DNA from: Nitrosopumilus sp.
GTDB lineage: Archaea > Thermoproteota > Nitrososphaeria > Nitrososphaerales > Nitrosopumilaceae
Direction: 5' to 3'
Assembly (NCBI GenBank): GCA_965205215.1
Contig: OZ242041.1
Location: 1,088,001-1,152,000 of the forward strand
Length of the DNA stretch: 64,000 bases
Shown one piece after another: positions 1-10,110 of this stretch. Position 1 is the stretch's first letter, and every line of letters begins with the position of its first letter. A model generated the notes under the pieces. It saw only the letters and a program-made list of their open reading frames with translations. It ran no database searches and was not told the DNA's origin. Position numbers and translations under genes: made by a program.

Positions 1-799
1 CCTCGGCAGAAAGGACGGCATACTGTGCCACACGTACGATGTCGACGAGGGCAGGCTGGACTCCATGATAAGGGGGACCGTAGTTGAGAACTACAGGAGG
101 GTGGACGCGTCGGAGCTGGCGCAGGTGGTGGACGCGCTGCCTCCACTGGCCGGGGACCCTTCAGCAGGCTCAGAGGGGGCGCACGGGCGGCCCGCCGAGG
201 TTGAGGTAGACCACTCGTTTGACGTAAAGGGGGTGGGGGCGGTAATACTCGGCAGGGTGACATCCGGCTCCGTAAACCAATATGACACGCTGACGCTGCA
301 TCCGTCCGGCTCCGAGGCGCTGGTAAAGTCCATACAGATGCACGATGATCCCGTCGGCACTGCGTCATGCCCCGCACGCGTGGGGCTGGCAGTAAAGGGC
401 CCAAAGCCCGAGGACGTGCGGCGCGGCGACATCCTGTCGGCGGCCGGCAACGACGCGATTGTAGACTCTACGGATCTGGTGCTGGACTACACGCCGAACC
501 GGTTCTACAAGGCCGGGCTGTCCGAAAAGCAGGGGTGCATAGTGTCGGTGGGCCTGCAGGCAAGGGCCGCGACGGTCTCGAGCATATCGCGTGATGGCGG
601 TTCTAGCGGCCATGCGGGTGACGGCGGCGGTGACGGCGGCGGCGACGGCGGCGGCGGCCGCAACCACCAGGGCCCCTGCAGGATCTCCCTGAGCCTTGCA
701 AAGCCGGTCACGTACCACCATGGCGACACGGCAGTCATCCTCAGGCCGGAGGCCGAGCCCATCCGCATTGCCGGCTCGGGGCGCATAGTCCCCCGGTGA
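1..799 (+). CDS. SelB-like / EF-Tu domain II-III protein (5' end outside window)
   Basis: Frame open from window start; VDHSFDVKGVGAVILGRVTSG...VKSIQMHD...RVGLAVKG is the EF-Tu/SelB domain II pattern; Gly/Asp-rich insertion near the C-terminus. Confidence 0.75.
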   Translation, partial: LGRKDGILCHTYDVDEGRLDSMIRGTVVENYRRVDASELAQVVDALPPLAGDPSAGSEGAHGRPAEVEVDHSFDVKGVGAVILGRVTSGSVNQYDTLTLHPSGSEALVKSIQMHDDPVGTASCPARVGLAVKGPKPEDVRRGDILSAAGNDAIVDSTDLVLDYTPNRFYKAGLSEKQGCIVSVGLQARAATVSSISRDGGSSGHAGDGGGDGGGDGGGGRNHQGPCRISLSLAKPVTYHHGDTAVILRPEAEPIRIAGSGRIVPR

Positions 800-820
800 C
801 CGGCCGCGCGGCCGCTTGCA

Positions 821-1438
821 ATGCCTAAAATAGCATGTATCCTTATCATACCCATGGGAGGCATGCAGCCCCGCAGGCTTACAGTCGGCATGACCGGAAG
901 CACGGGCGCCATATACGGAATCAGGCTGCTGGAGGTGCTCCGGGATCTCGGGGTTGAGACGCACCTCGTAATGTCCGAGTGGGCCTCCAAGTGCGTCTCG
1001 ATGGAGACTGATTATTCAACATCTGATGTAAAGGCCCTTGCCACCGCCACGTCCGATGACGCCAACATGGCATCTGCGATATCAAGCGGGACGCACATTA
1101 CAGACGGCATGATAGTGGCCCCGTGCAGCATGAAGACCGCGTCTGCAGTCGCGCACGGGTATGACGACACCCTGATTGCAAGGGCGGCCGGCGTCACGAT
1201 AAAGGAGTGCCGGAAGCTGGTACTGGTTGCAAGGGAGGCGCCACTGTCGGCCATCCACCTTGAGAACCTGCTAAAGCTGGCGCGGCTCGGGGTTGTGATT
1301 CTCCCGCCCGTCACGGAGTTCTACACCAAGCCCGGCGCCATTCAGGACATGGTAGACCATACGGTCGGCAAGTGCTTGGACCAGTTCGGGATAGAGCACG
1401 AGCTGTATGTCAGGTGGGGGACGCCACCGCGGGTGTGA
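821..1438 (+). CDS. ubiX: Flavin prenyltransferase UbiX (start may be 854 or 863)
   Basis: VGMTGSTGAIYG, ISSGT, IVAPCSMKT, RAAGVTIKECRKLVLVAREAPL, FYTKP motifs. Confidence 0.93.
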   Translation: MPKIACILIIPMGGMQPRRLTVGMTGSTGAIYGIRLLEVLRDLGVETHLVMSEWASKCVSMETDYSTSDVKALATATSDDANMASAISSGTHITDGMIVAPCSMKTASAVAHGYDDTLIARAAGVTIKECRKLVLVAREAPLSAIHLENLLKLARLGVVILPPVTEFYTKPGAIQDMVDHTVGKCLDQFGIEHELYVRWGTPPRV

Positions 1439-1442
1439 CGGC

Positions 1443-1961
1443 ATGCCGCGGTTCTCGCTGACCACCGTTGCAAGTGCCGGGCTCGAGTCCACGTATGCGA
1501 CGGTCTGCAACCCGGGGTCGTACCAGGACCTGATACCGCACCACTATCCGTCGGTCCGTGTAATGTCGGTCCGGGGCGACACCTCGGTTGCCGAGGAGCA
1601 CGTCGTGCTGGACGGGCGTGAGCTGGTGCTGATGGCAAAGCACGTGGCGACGCCGCCGTACAGGCACGAGACGTTCGTGATCGGGGGCGACGCCAAGGGC
1701 TCGCACATCGTACACGAGCTTGCAGGCGCGGCGAGGCACGCAGAGTCCGACCCGGGCGCATCGGCCGCGCACCTCACAAGGCCCCGTACTGTAATCACCA
1801 CCGCAGTCGAACTGAGGACGGGCCGCCTCGGCATGCCCTCGTGGCTGAGGGGCGGCCGTGACTCGCTTGAGGAGTCCTTTGCGCAGATGATGGCGGAGCT
1901 CGCGCGGGCCGCAGAGGAGGAAGAAGACAGCGGCAGCAGCAGTAGCAGCGACAGCTCATGA
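1443..1961 (+). CDS. SRPBCC/polyketide cyclase-like protein
   Basis: START-like pattern (YQDLIPHHYPSVRV, HETFVIGGDAKGS); ATG follows the ubiX stop. Confidence 0.6.
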   Translation: MPRFSLTTVASAGLESTYATVCNPGSYQDLIPHHYPSVRVMSVRGDTSVAEEHVVLDGRELVLMAKHVATPPYRHETFVIGGDAKGSHIVHELAGAARHAESDPGASAAHLTRPRTVITTAVELRTGRLGMPSWLRGGRDSLEESFAQMMAELARAAEEEEDSGSSSSSDSS

Positions 1962-2127
1962 TCCCTGCCTACTCACCCTCTGTCCGTGGGTTCCATGTCG
2001 CGCAGTCTTTTGGAATGCCGCGTCGGACTATAATTCCAGTTTGATCCGATGCCGCCCACGGCCGACTATAACGACTCGATACTGAAGCGATAACGGCAGA
2101 GTGGCAATGGTGGCGATGGCGGCAGGA

Positions 2128-2343
2128 TTACTGCTTTTGTTCCTTGTCCTTGAAGTCGTTTAGCTCCTTTTCGCCCTCTATCTTGCCCTTTTCAAACTCG
2201 CCCTTGGCTCTTCCCATAGTCTTTGCAAGCTCCGGTATCTTCTTTGCCCCAAAGATGAGCACCACCACGACGATGACCAGTATTATCCACTCTTGTCCTG
2301 CTATGAATCCGGCGAGGCCTGCCAGTACCGACATGCAATACAT
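2128..2343 (-). CDS. tatA: Twin-arginine translocase subunit TatA
   Basis: GQEWIILVIVVVVLIFGAKKIPELAKTMGRAKGEFEKG: TM helix, FG hinge, amphipathic helix. Confidence 0.93.
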   Translation of the reverse strand: MYCMSVLAGLAGFIAGQEWIILVIVVVVLIFGAKKIPELAKTMGRAKGEFEKGKIEGEKELNDFKDKEQKQ

Positions 2344-2481
2344 TGGCAGTTTTTGGATTTAAGTGTTCGATTTTTGGGTCCGGGGGGCCGTGCCTGCGGT
2401 GCCGCCGGCCGCCGCGCGGCCGGGGCAGACAGGCCGACGCAGGCTTGTCCCTCACCGGAGCCGCTGCACGTGCACGCGCGG

Positions 2482-3306
2482 TCATACTGCCGCGTCTGGG
2501 CTGGCGCTCTGTGTCCTTGCCCTGCGCATGATGAACGCGGTTCCGGCCGCGTACAGCGCTATCATCGGGGCCGCGATGAACCACATAGTAACGCCGCTGC
2601 CGTCGGGCGTGATTACGGCCCCGAATACGACGATGGCCACTATGGCATACCTTGCATTGCGCTTCCAAAAGTCCGGCGAGACCATCCCCGACATCGTGGC
2701 CGCGTACATCGCAAGCGGGAGCTGGAACGATATGCCAAAGGCGATCAGGAACTGCAACACAAACGTCACAAAGTCTATCACGTTCAGGAACGTGACCAGC
2801 CCGGCCGACTCGCCGTACCTGTACAGAAAGTCCAGTATGTACGGCACCACCATATAGTACGAGAATATGCAGCCCGTCGCAAACAGTCCTATTGCGGGAA
2901 GCGATATCGCCCTGCTGACGTGTATCTCCCTCTCCTCCAGGGCGGGTCTTATGAACGCGGCCGCCTCGCGCACTATGAGGGGCATGGAGGCCGCGACCCC
3001 GACGAGCGCAGCTATGTATATCTGGGCAAAGAACGCCTCGCCCGGGGCCGTCTGTATGAGCTGGACCGTATCGGGTACCAGGGCGTCCCTCAGGTGCCCG
3101 GTAATCTGGGCCGCGATGTTGTCAAGCGGCTGCGGCGCGGGGTAATACAGTGTTATCGTGCCGCCGTCCGCGCCGACGGCGGCCTGGTACGGCTCGATGT
3201 GAAACGTGAGTATGAACGTCGTGATTATCGCCACCGCCAGCACGGCGCGGACGGCGCGCTTGCGCAGCTCCTCTGCGTGTTCCCCGAACCCCTCAAGGCC
3301 TGACAT
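2482..3306 (-). CDS. tatC: Twin-arginine translocase subunit TatC
   Basis: EHAEELRKR, FIRPAL..E, FGISFQLP, AVITPDGSGVTM; multi-pass TM; next to tatA. Confidence 0.93.
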   Translation of the reverse strand: MSGLEGFGEHAEELRKRAVRAVLAVAIITTFILTFHIEPYQAAVGADGGTITLYYPAPQPLDNIAAQITGHLRDALVPDTVQLIQTAPGEAFFAQIYIAALVGVAASMPLIVREAAAFIRPALEEREIHVSRAISLPAIGLFATGCIFSYYMVVPYILDFLYRYGESAGLVTFLNVIDFVTFVLQFLIAFGISFQLPLAMYAATMSGMVSPDFWKRNARYAIVAIVVFGAVITPDGSGVTMWFIAAPMIALYAAGTAFIMRRARTQSASPDAAV

Positions 3307-3340
3307 GATCGTGACTATACTCGCACCAGAGTAATAATGA

Positions 3341-3763
3341 TTATGTGGGAACCGGCAGCAGCTTTGCCTCTGGCAGACCCGCGTCCTTCAGCTCCTCCTG
3401 GCTGGGCCCCTCAAACTCGAGCGATATGACTGCCTTTGCATTAAACTCCGACTCCATGTCGGACGCCAGCCGCCCAATCTCTGACGGCGCGTACGTCTCG
3501 TCTGAGCCCGACAGGAATATCCTCTCGCTCTTCTCCATGGGCTTGCCGCCGAACCTCTTTTGCAGGAACGACGTGATGGACTGCAGCTCGTCCCTCCCTA
3601 TGTTGTTGTGGTAATAGCAGACTCCCTTTATGGACTCATAGTCATACGGCGTCCCGTTCCTGTACTGAAAGACGCCGATGAACCTGGCCTCGTCTTCTGG
3701 CTGCCTCACGCATTTGATCTCCCAGTTGAGCAGCTTGGACTCGTCGTACTTGAACTCGGACAT
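3341..3763 (-). CDS. Hypothetical protein (MSEFKYDESKLLNWEIK...)
   Basis: Host-like codon usage, globular composition; TTTATA-type box upstream near 3831-3836. Confidence 0.7.
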   Translation of the reverse strand: MSEFKYDESKLLNWEIKCVRQPEDEARFIGVFQYRNGTPYDYESIKGVCYYHNNIGRDELQSITSFLQKRFGGKPMEKSERIFLSGSDETYAPSEIGRLASDMESEFNAKAVISLEFEGPSQEELKDAGLPEAKLLPVPT

Positions 3764-4042
3764 CTCGCCTGCCTCGAGCTTCCAGTACCTTGATCTGTTC
3801 CTTGCCATTGCCGTGGGGGCGCGGTGCCCGTATAAATTCCAACTTGATGGGCGTGCGTAAGAGTTACCCACTCCCCCTCCCGGTACGCGCCTCGACTGGC
3901 AGGTTTCTTATTCAGACGTACACGATTCTAGTAGGGGGTGTCATACGTCGGCATTCCAATTCGTGAACGTGCCTCTTCCGTGCTCCTACATGCCCCGTCC
4001 CGGTGAACTGCTGCCATGTCCTACGGATATCATATAGAAGGA

Positions 4043-4318
4043 TCAGTCTTTGCCGTAGACTGACTTGTGATCTCCTACCACCACCAGCAGGATTATCTTT
4101 TGCCAGTTGATGACCTTGTAGATCAGCCGGTACGAGCGCCCAAGCTCATATGCAAGGTATCCCTTGAACCTGCCTTTTTTTGGAATGCCTGCCTCTGCGG
4201 GATTTTCCGATTTTGCAAGGTGTAGTATGGCCTCGTCTACCCTGCTTTGTAGCTGGGACGGCAGTTTTCTGTAGCTGCTGACAAACAGGCCAGTTCGCTC
4301 TATGCGCCACAATGTCAT
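4043..4318 (-). CDS. RelE/ParE-family toxin
   Basis: 91 aa, basic; F..SYRKLP, GRFKGYLAYELGRSYRLIYKV, VGDHKSVY fit RelE/StbE-type mRNA interferases. Confidence 0.8.
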   Translation of the reverse strand: MTLWRIERTGLFVSSYRKLPSQLQSRVDEAILHLAKSENPAEAGIPKKGRFKGYLAYELGRSYRLIYKVINWQKIILLVVVGDHKSVYGKD

Positions 4319-4458
4319 TCAGACCTGTGAAGATCTTTGATCAGCGCTTCGGCCGTTTCAAATGACTTTGGCCGGTCCTTCCCGGATTCGTATTGTTCTA
4401 TTGCATGTTCTTCGTTTGGCCACAAGCTGTCATCTGATGCCTGTTTTGTCTCTGACAT
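4315..4458 (-). CDS. Putative antitoxin, 47 aa (MSETKQASDDSLWPNEEHAIEQYESGKDRPKSFETAEALIKDLHRSE)
   Basis: Not in ORF track; acidic; stop overlaps toxin start (ATGA 4315-4318); GGAGGT upstream; C-terminal F.T.E.LI.DL typical of RelE-associated antitoxins. Confidence 0.7.
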   Translation of the reverse strand: MSETKQASDDSLWPNEEHAIEQYESGKDRPKSFETAEALIKDLHRSE

Positions 4459-5058
4459 GCATTACGATACCTCCAATTGTTTTTAAAACTGTCTGTGCCT
4501 TCGGTGCATGAATTCGCGTTCTCCTAAAGTCCGGCGTTGATTCTGCTCGTGACATTGCACGCAGTGCATCTGAACCCATCCTTCAATCGGGGTCACTACC
4601 CGGCATGGCATCGGGTTCAAAATAGTCTGCCAGGACCCCCTTGTCGACGCGGGCATGAAGGCCTGCGGCATATTCATGGCACGCCTGCTGGCCTGGGACG
4701 GCTGGGGGCACAATCTGACAGAAATGACTGCAAGACAGTCATGCCCGGCTAGGCTGGGTGCCATCTACGGTCGTAGGATCTGTATGTTACGGGGGTGGGG
4801 GAGAGAGGGGGAGGGCGTTGCCTGTTACGCGCACGCAAGCGGGCGCAGGATGCTAGACGGCCGGTTGGTGAACGTCCCCGGTGTGCCGTCATGCTGTGCC
4901 GTCATGCTGTGCTTGCGCGGAGCCTTCCAGTTTTGCGCCACGGGGCCTGGATGCTGCAGCATTTTCTTGAATTTTTCCGCGGCACGCTGTCGTCACACTG
5001 GCCCAACTGCCGCGCGCCGCCTCGATAGGTAGATAATAGACAAGTTCCGCGCCGTGCC

Positions 5059-5385
5059 ATGCGGAGGTTCACCGTTACGGTCGTAATTGAGAACAAGCGG
5101 GGCCTCAGCGACCCTGAGGGCGAGACCATACTCCGGGATCTGGTACTCAAGGAGGGGCGGGACGAAGCGAGCGGAGGCGGCGCCAGCAGCAGTAATGGCA
5201 ACAACGAAAGCGGAAACAACGGCTGCCGCATATCCGAAATCAGGACCGCGAAGATGCTGCGCATGACAGTCGATTCCCGGGATGCCGAGTCTGCCGTACG
5301 GGACGTCCGCAAGGTGTGCGACGCGCTGCACCTGTACAACCCCATTGTCAGTATGGTGGACGTAACGGCCGAGCCAATCCCGTGA
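5059..5385 (+). CDS. purS: FGAM synthase subunit PurS
   Basis: VIENKRGLSDPEGETI...LYNPIVS; precedes purQ/purL. Confidence 0.88.
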   Translation: MRRFTVTVVIENKRGLSDPEGETILRDLVLKEGRDEASGGGASSSNGNNESGNNGCRISEIRTAKMLRMTVDSRDAESAVRDVRKVCDALHLYNPIVSMVDVTAEPIP

Positions 5386-5457
5386 GCAGGCCGAGCCGCC
5401 GCCGTGTACTGTGATCCTCTGCACGCGCCTGCGACAGAATAAATACGCCTCTGACGT

Positions 5458-6207
5458 TTGCGCCTCGTGAAGGTCGGAATCGTGGTATTCCCTGGCAGCA
5501 ACTGCGATCGCGACATGCATCACGTACTGCGCGACGTATTCGGGTTCGACGTGCAGTACATCTGGCACACAAAGACCGTTCCTGCCGGGACGGATGCCGT
5601 GGTACTGCCCGGCGGATTCTCGTACGGCGACCGCCTGCGCGCGGGGGCGATTGCGGCGCACAGCCCCGTAATGTCTGATGTCCGGAGGCTGGCATCCGAA
5701 GGCACCCCGGTACTGGGCGTATGCAACGGCTTTCAGATCCTGACAGAGTGCGGCATACTGCCCGGGGCCCTCCTGGTAAACGAGTCGCTTGGGTTCATGT
5801 GCCAGTGGACCAACCTGGTTGTGGAGAATGCATCGACCCCGTTTACGTCGATGCTGTACATGGGGCAGCGGATCCCGATACCGATTGCAAACGGCGAGGG
5901 CCGGTACTATGCGGACGAGGACACCGTGAGGGACCTGCAGAAGGGCGGCCGCGTCGTATTCCGGTATGCCGACGGTTCCGTAAACGGCTCCGTAGGCGGA
6001 ATAGCGGGCATATGCAGCGACGACGGCAACGTGGTGGGGATGATGCCGCACCCGGAGCGGGCCGCAGAGTACGAGACGAACCCCGTGGACTGCGGGCCCG
6101 CGCGCATGATATTCGAGTCACTTGCAGGCTGCATACCCGCGCAGCAGATCGATCACGCCGGGTACGTAGGCAGGGGAATGGAAGAGGAGGAGGCAAGATC
6201 GCAATGA
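5458..6207 (+). CDS. purQ: FGAM synthase glutaminase subunit PurQ
   Basis: VVFPGSNCDRD, PGGFSYGD.LRAG, GVCNGFQIL, GMMPHPER. Confidence 0.96.
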   Translation: MRLVKVGIVVFPGSNCDRDMHHVLRDVFGFDVQYIWHTKTVPAGTDAVVLPGGFSYGDRLRAGAIAAHSPVMSDVRRLASEGTPVLGVCNGFQILTECGILPGALLVNESLGFMCQWTNLVVENASTPFTSMLYMGQRIPIPIANGEGRYYADEDTVRDLQKGGRVVFRYADGSVNGSVGGIAGICSDDGNVVGMMPHPERAAEYETNPVDCGPARMIFESLAGCIPAQQIDHAGYVGRGMEEEEARSQ

Positions 6208-6277
6208 GGGATACCCTGGACGCCGCGGCCGCCAGTGGGGCCACGCCTGCAGCCATGCCGGAGGATGCGTTCCGGCG

Positions 6278-8599
6278 TTGATCCTCGAGCAGTCCGAGCT
6301 GGACTATCTGACGTCCCGGCTGGGCCGGATCCCGCGCCCGGCGGAGCTCCACATAGTGGCCGCCGAGTGGTCGGAGCACTGCTCGTACAAGTCCTCCAAG
6401 AGGCACCTGCGCATGCTTCCAACCGACGGGCCGCTGGTCATCTCGGAGAAGGGGTACGACTCGGGCGTGCTTGACGTGGGGGGCGGCTACGTGGTGACGG
6501 CCCACATAGAGAGCCATAACCACCCGTCGGCAGTCGAGCCGTACGGCGGGGCCGCCACCGGCGTGGGCGGGGTGATACGCGACATACTCTCGGCCGGCAC
6601 CAGGCCGATCGCCATACTGGACGGGCTGCGCTTTGGCAACCCCCGCACGGACCCCAAGGCACTATGGCTCTTCAAGAACGCCGTGTCCGGGATCGCGGAC
6701 TATGGAAACTGCATTGGAATTCCCACGGTCGGCGGCGAGCTGGAATTTGACGACTCGTATGCCGGATACGCCATGGTCGACGTCGCGGCAATCGGGTTTG
6801 GCAAGAGGGACAGGCTGGTGAGAAACCACGCCGAGCCGGGCGACGTGGTCGTGCTGCTCGGGGGCCCCACGGGCCGCGACGGCATCGGCGGCTCGCAGTT
6901 CGCATCGGACTCGCTGGAGACCGAGGACAGGTCCGCAGTCCAGATACCGGATCCGTTCATTGAAAAGCTGCTGATAGAGGCGGTGCTCGAGGCCCGTAGC
7001 ACCGGCGCGATACACGCCATGAAGGACCTGGGCGGCGGAGGCCTGTCGTGCGCCGTATCTGAGACTGCCGACGCGCTCGGGGTCGGAATCACCATAAATG
7101 CGGACGCCGTGCATGCCCGGGAGGGCGGCATGTCCGTCGAGGAGATAATGACGTCCGAGTCCCAGGAGCGCATGCTGATAATTACGGATGGCGTCCGGGG
7201 CCTGCAGACCATAAGGGAGATCTGCTCCAAGTTTGGCGTGTCACACTCCGTCATTGGGGTGGTAAAACGCGACGGCATGATGCGCGTGACGTCTGGGGGG
7301 AGAAGAACAGAAGGCGGGGAAGAAGAAGACGTAGCAGCAGAGATGCCCGCCGAGGTGGTTGCAAACGCGCGCCTCCTTGACCTGCCGCGCCAGAGACCGG
7401 CATACCTTGACGGGATAGAGGGCGTGTCGTGCGCGCCGCACGCGCAGGGGGGCGGGGGCGCCGCGGACTACACCGACATACTGCGCAGGCTTATGACGTC
7501 GCCCAACATTGCCAGCCGCAGCTGGGTGTACTCCCAGTATGATCACGAGGTCGGCATACGCACGGTGGTGCGGCCGGGGGCCGACGCGTCGGTCCTGCGG
7601 CTTGACAACGGCAGGTACCTGGCCGTATCCATGGACGGAAACCCAAAGCACTGCTACGTCAACCCGCGGCAGGGCGCCATCGGATGCTTTGAGGAGGCCT
7701 GCCGCAACGTGGTGTGCACGGGCGCCGCCCCGATAGGGATGCTTGACCACCTGCAGTTCGGGGATCCCACGGATCCCGGCGTGTTCTGGACGTTCGTCGA
7801 GTCGGTCCGGGGCATCTCGGACTTTGCAAGGGAGATGGGCATCCCGTGCGTGGGGGGCAAGGTCAGCCTGTACAATGAGACGCCGTCGGGGCCGATAAAG
7901 CCCACGCCGGTGATAGCCGTCTTGGGGCTGGTGTCGGGCGACGGCAGCAAAGACGGCGGCGGGCGCGCCGATGATTCCGCAATGCAGCGCATGCGCGCGA
8001 GACCCGCGGACGGCGACCACATCATCGTGGTGGGGTCGACCAAGGACGAGATGGGGGGTTCCGAATACTACGAGTACATACGGGGCGTGGTGGGCGGCAG
8101 GTGCCCCGCCGTGAGCGCCGCGGAGTCGCGGCGCAACTCTGGCGCCATACTGGACATTACGAGGAGGACGGGGCTCTCCCACATGGTGCACGACTGCTCA
8201 AAGGGCGGGCTGGCCGCCGCGGTATCCGAGATGTGCCTCGGTGCGGGACTGGGCTGCGACGTGGACATTGCAAGGGTTCCACGCGCGCACGATGCCGGCA
8301 CCGCGGCTGACGGCACCGCCGGCGCGCCGGCGCGCGAAATGCCCGACGACGTGACGCTGTTCTCCGAAAGCCACTCCCGGTATGTGGTGCTGGTTCCCGA
8401 CGTGTCCCTGCAGGAAGTGGAGGATCTGCTGGCCCGCTCTGGCGCCGCGCACGCGCGCATAGGGCGCGTCACGCGGGGCGCACAGGACGGGCGCATCATA
8501 TTTCGCAGCGGCGGCGACAGAACCGTTGCAGACCTAAGCGTTGATAAGACTCGCGGGGAGTGGTCAGGTGTGTTGGGGGGGATGGTACACGGAGCTTGA
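6278..8599 (+). CDS. purL: FGAM synthase subunit PurL
   Basis: WSEHCSYKSS, ESHNHPSAVEPYGGAATGVGGVIRDI, DLGGGG, SESQERM, QYDHEVG, GGKVSLYNE. Confidence 0.97.
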   Translation: MILEQSELDYLTSRLGRIPRPAELHIVAAEWSEHCSYKSSKRHLRMLPTDGPLVISEKGYDSGVLDVGGGYVVTAHIESHNHPSAVEPYGGAATGVGGVIRDILSAGTRPIAILDGLRFGNPRTDPKALWLFKNAVSGIADYGNCIGIPTVGGELEFDDSYAGYAMVDVAAIGFGKRDRLVRNHAEPGDVVVLLGGPTGRDGIGGSQFASDSLETEDRSAVQIPDPFIEKLLIEAVLEARSTGAIHAMKDLGGGGLSCAVSETADALGVGITINADAVHAREGGMSVEEIMTSESQERMLIITDGVRGLQTIREICSKFGVSHSVIGVVKRDGMMRVTSGGRRTEGGEEEDVAAEMPAEVVANARLLDLPRQRPAYLDGIEGVSCAPHAQGGGGAADYTDILRRLMTSPNIASRSWVYSQYDHEVGIRTVVRPGADASVLRLDNGRYLAVSMDGNPKHCYVNPRQGAIGCFEEACRNVVCTGAAPIGMLDHLQFGDPTDPGVFWTFVESVRGISDFAREMGIPCVGGKVSLYNETPSGPIKPTPVIAVLGLVSGDGSKDGGGRADDSAMQRMRARPADGDHIIVVGSTKDEMGGSEYYEYIRGVVGGRCPAVSAAESRRNSGAILDITRRTGLSHMVHDCSKGGLAAAVSEMCLGAGLGCDVDIARVPRAHDAGTAADGTAGAPAREMPDDVTLFSESHSRYVVLVPDVSLQEVEDLLARSGAAHARIGRVTRGAQDGRIIFRSGGDRTVADLSVDKTRGEWSGVLGGMVHGA

Positions 8600-10106
8600 C
8601 GACAGGCCCCATGAGAACTGCGGGGTTGTGGCCATATTCAGCGTACGGGGGGCCAACGTCGTCCCCATGTGCATAGACACGCTGAGGGCCCTCCAGCACC
8701 GGGGGCAGGAGGCGTGGGGCATCGCGGTCCCCGGCAAGGCGCCCCTCAAGAGGATGGGGCTGGTCTCCGGCTCGTCGTCTGACTTCAGGAGGCTTGCGCA
8801 CGAGTACGCGTCCCCCGCCGTAATAGGGCACGTCCGCTACTCTACCGTGGGAGGGGGCGGGCTCGAGCACGCCCAGCCCCTCAAGGTGGGGGACATGTGC
8901 GTGGCCCACAACGGCACGATAGCAAACGCCCAGGAGATCTCAAACATGGTCGGCGGATGCACGTTCACGCCGCAGAGCGCGACTGACACGCTGGTGGCGG
9001 CCCACAGGCTGGTCTCCCTGATGTCCGACAACAGCGGGCTCGGGCAGGCCCTCTCCGTCCTGAAGAACGAGATGGTCGGCTCGTTCTGCTTCACCTTCAT
9101 ATCCGACGACGGCTCCGTGTACGCGGCGCGGGACCCAAAGGGCTTCAGGCCTATGGTACTGGGCCACAAAAAGGACGACGACGTGTACATCGTGGCATCC
9201 GAGTCCTCGGCGCTCTCCGCCGTGGGCGCCGAACTGGTCCGTAACGTGGAGCCCGGCGAGCTCTTGCGCATAAGCGGGGACGGCCTCGAGTCCGAGCGGT
9301 TCTCTGACGACGCGTCAAGGGCGCACTGCTCCTTTGAATTCACATACTTTGCGCACCCCTCAAGCAACATGGAGGGCACCAACATCTACGTCGCAAGAAA
9401 GAACATCGGGCGGCTCTTGGCGCGCAAGTTTCCCATACGGGACGCGGACCTCGTCGTGCCGGTCCCTGACTCTGCAAGGCCCGCGGCGCTTGGGTACGCG
9501 CAGCAGCTCGGGCTCTCGTTTGACGAGGGGCTGCTCAAGGACCGCTACAGCAAGAAGGGGCCGCTGCGGAGCTTTATCGAGCCGCACCAGACGGAGCGCG
9601 TCGAGATAAACAGGTGGATAATGCCCATAAGGGAGATCATACAGGGGAGGCACGTGGTCGTAGTCGACGACAGCCTGGTCCGGGGCACCAGCTCCAAGTC
9701 GATAGTAAAGGCCCTCCGGCGCGCCGGCGCGCGGAGGATCAGCATGCTGATAACGTACCCGCCCGTAACGCATCCCTGCTATGCCGGCATCGACTTTCCG
9801 TCGCAGGAGGAGCTCGCGACCCACGCGGGGGGCATAAGGCCGGACATGACCCGGGAGGAGATGACCGAGAGGGTCCGCCGCGACATTGGCGCCGACTTTC
9901 TGGGATACAACGACGCGGAGAACCTGGCCGAGGCAGTCGGGATGCCTGCGGACTCGATGTGCTTTGCGTGCTCCACTGGGAACTACGATGCGCTGGGGGT
10001 GACCCCGCAGTTCCGCTCCAGGAGGGAGATGAAGGGGGAGATGCACGGGATGGCAGAAGAGGGGAAGGAAGAGGAAAAGGAAGAAAAGGGGCCCGGCGGC
10101 GCGTGA
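8541..10106 (+). CDS. purF: Amidophosphoribosyltransferase PurF (start uncertain; possibly ACG at 8589)
   Basis: ENCGVV, LQHRGQEA, GHVRYST, HNGTI, CSFEFTYFAHP, VVVDDSLVRGTS, PCYAGIDF. Confidence 0.96.
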   Translation: MIRLAGSGQVCWGGWYTELDDRPHENCGVVAIFSVRGANVVPMCIDTLRALQHRGQEAWGIAVPGKAPLKRMGLVSGSSSDFRRLAHEYASPAVIGHVRYSTVGGGGLEHAQPLKVGDMCVAHNGTIANAQEISNMVGGCTFTPQSATDTLVAAHRLVSLMSDNSGLGQALSVLKNEMVGSFCFTFISDDGSVYAARDPKGFRPMVLGHKKDDDVYIVASESSALSAVGAELVRNVEPGELLRISGDGLESERFSDDASRAHCSFEFTYFAHPSSNMEGTNIYVARKNIGRLLARKFPIRDADLVVPVPDSARPAALGYAQQLGLSFDEGLLKDRYSKKGPLRSFIEPHQTERVEINRWIMPIREIIQGRHVVVVDDSLVRGTSSKSIVKALRRAGARRISMLITYPPVTHPCYAGIDFPSQEELATHAGGIRPDMTREEMTERVRRDIGADFLGYNDAENLAEAVGMPADSMCFACSTGNYDALGVTPQFRSRREMKGEMHGMAEEGKEEEKEEKGPGGA

Positions 10107-10110
10107 TTCC

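Noticed and set aside
1-799. Selenocysteine machinery
   Set aside because: Only a SelB-like barrel is visible; no selD, tRNA-Sec, in-frame TGA or SECIS evident
4483-5032. ORFs between the TA pair and purS
   Set aside because: No recognisable motifs and overlapping low-quality frames
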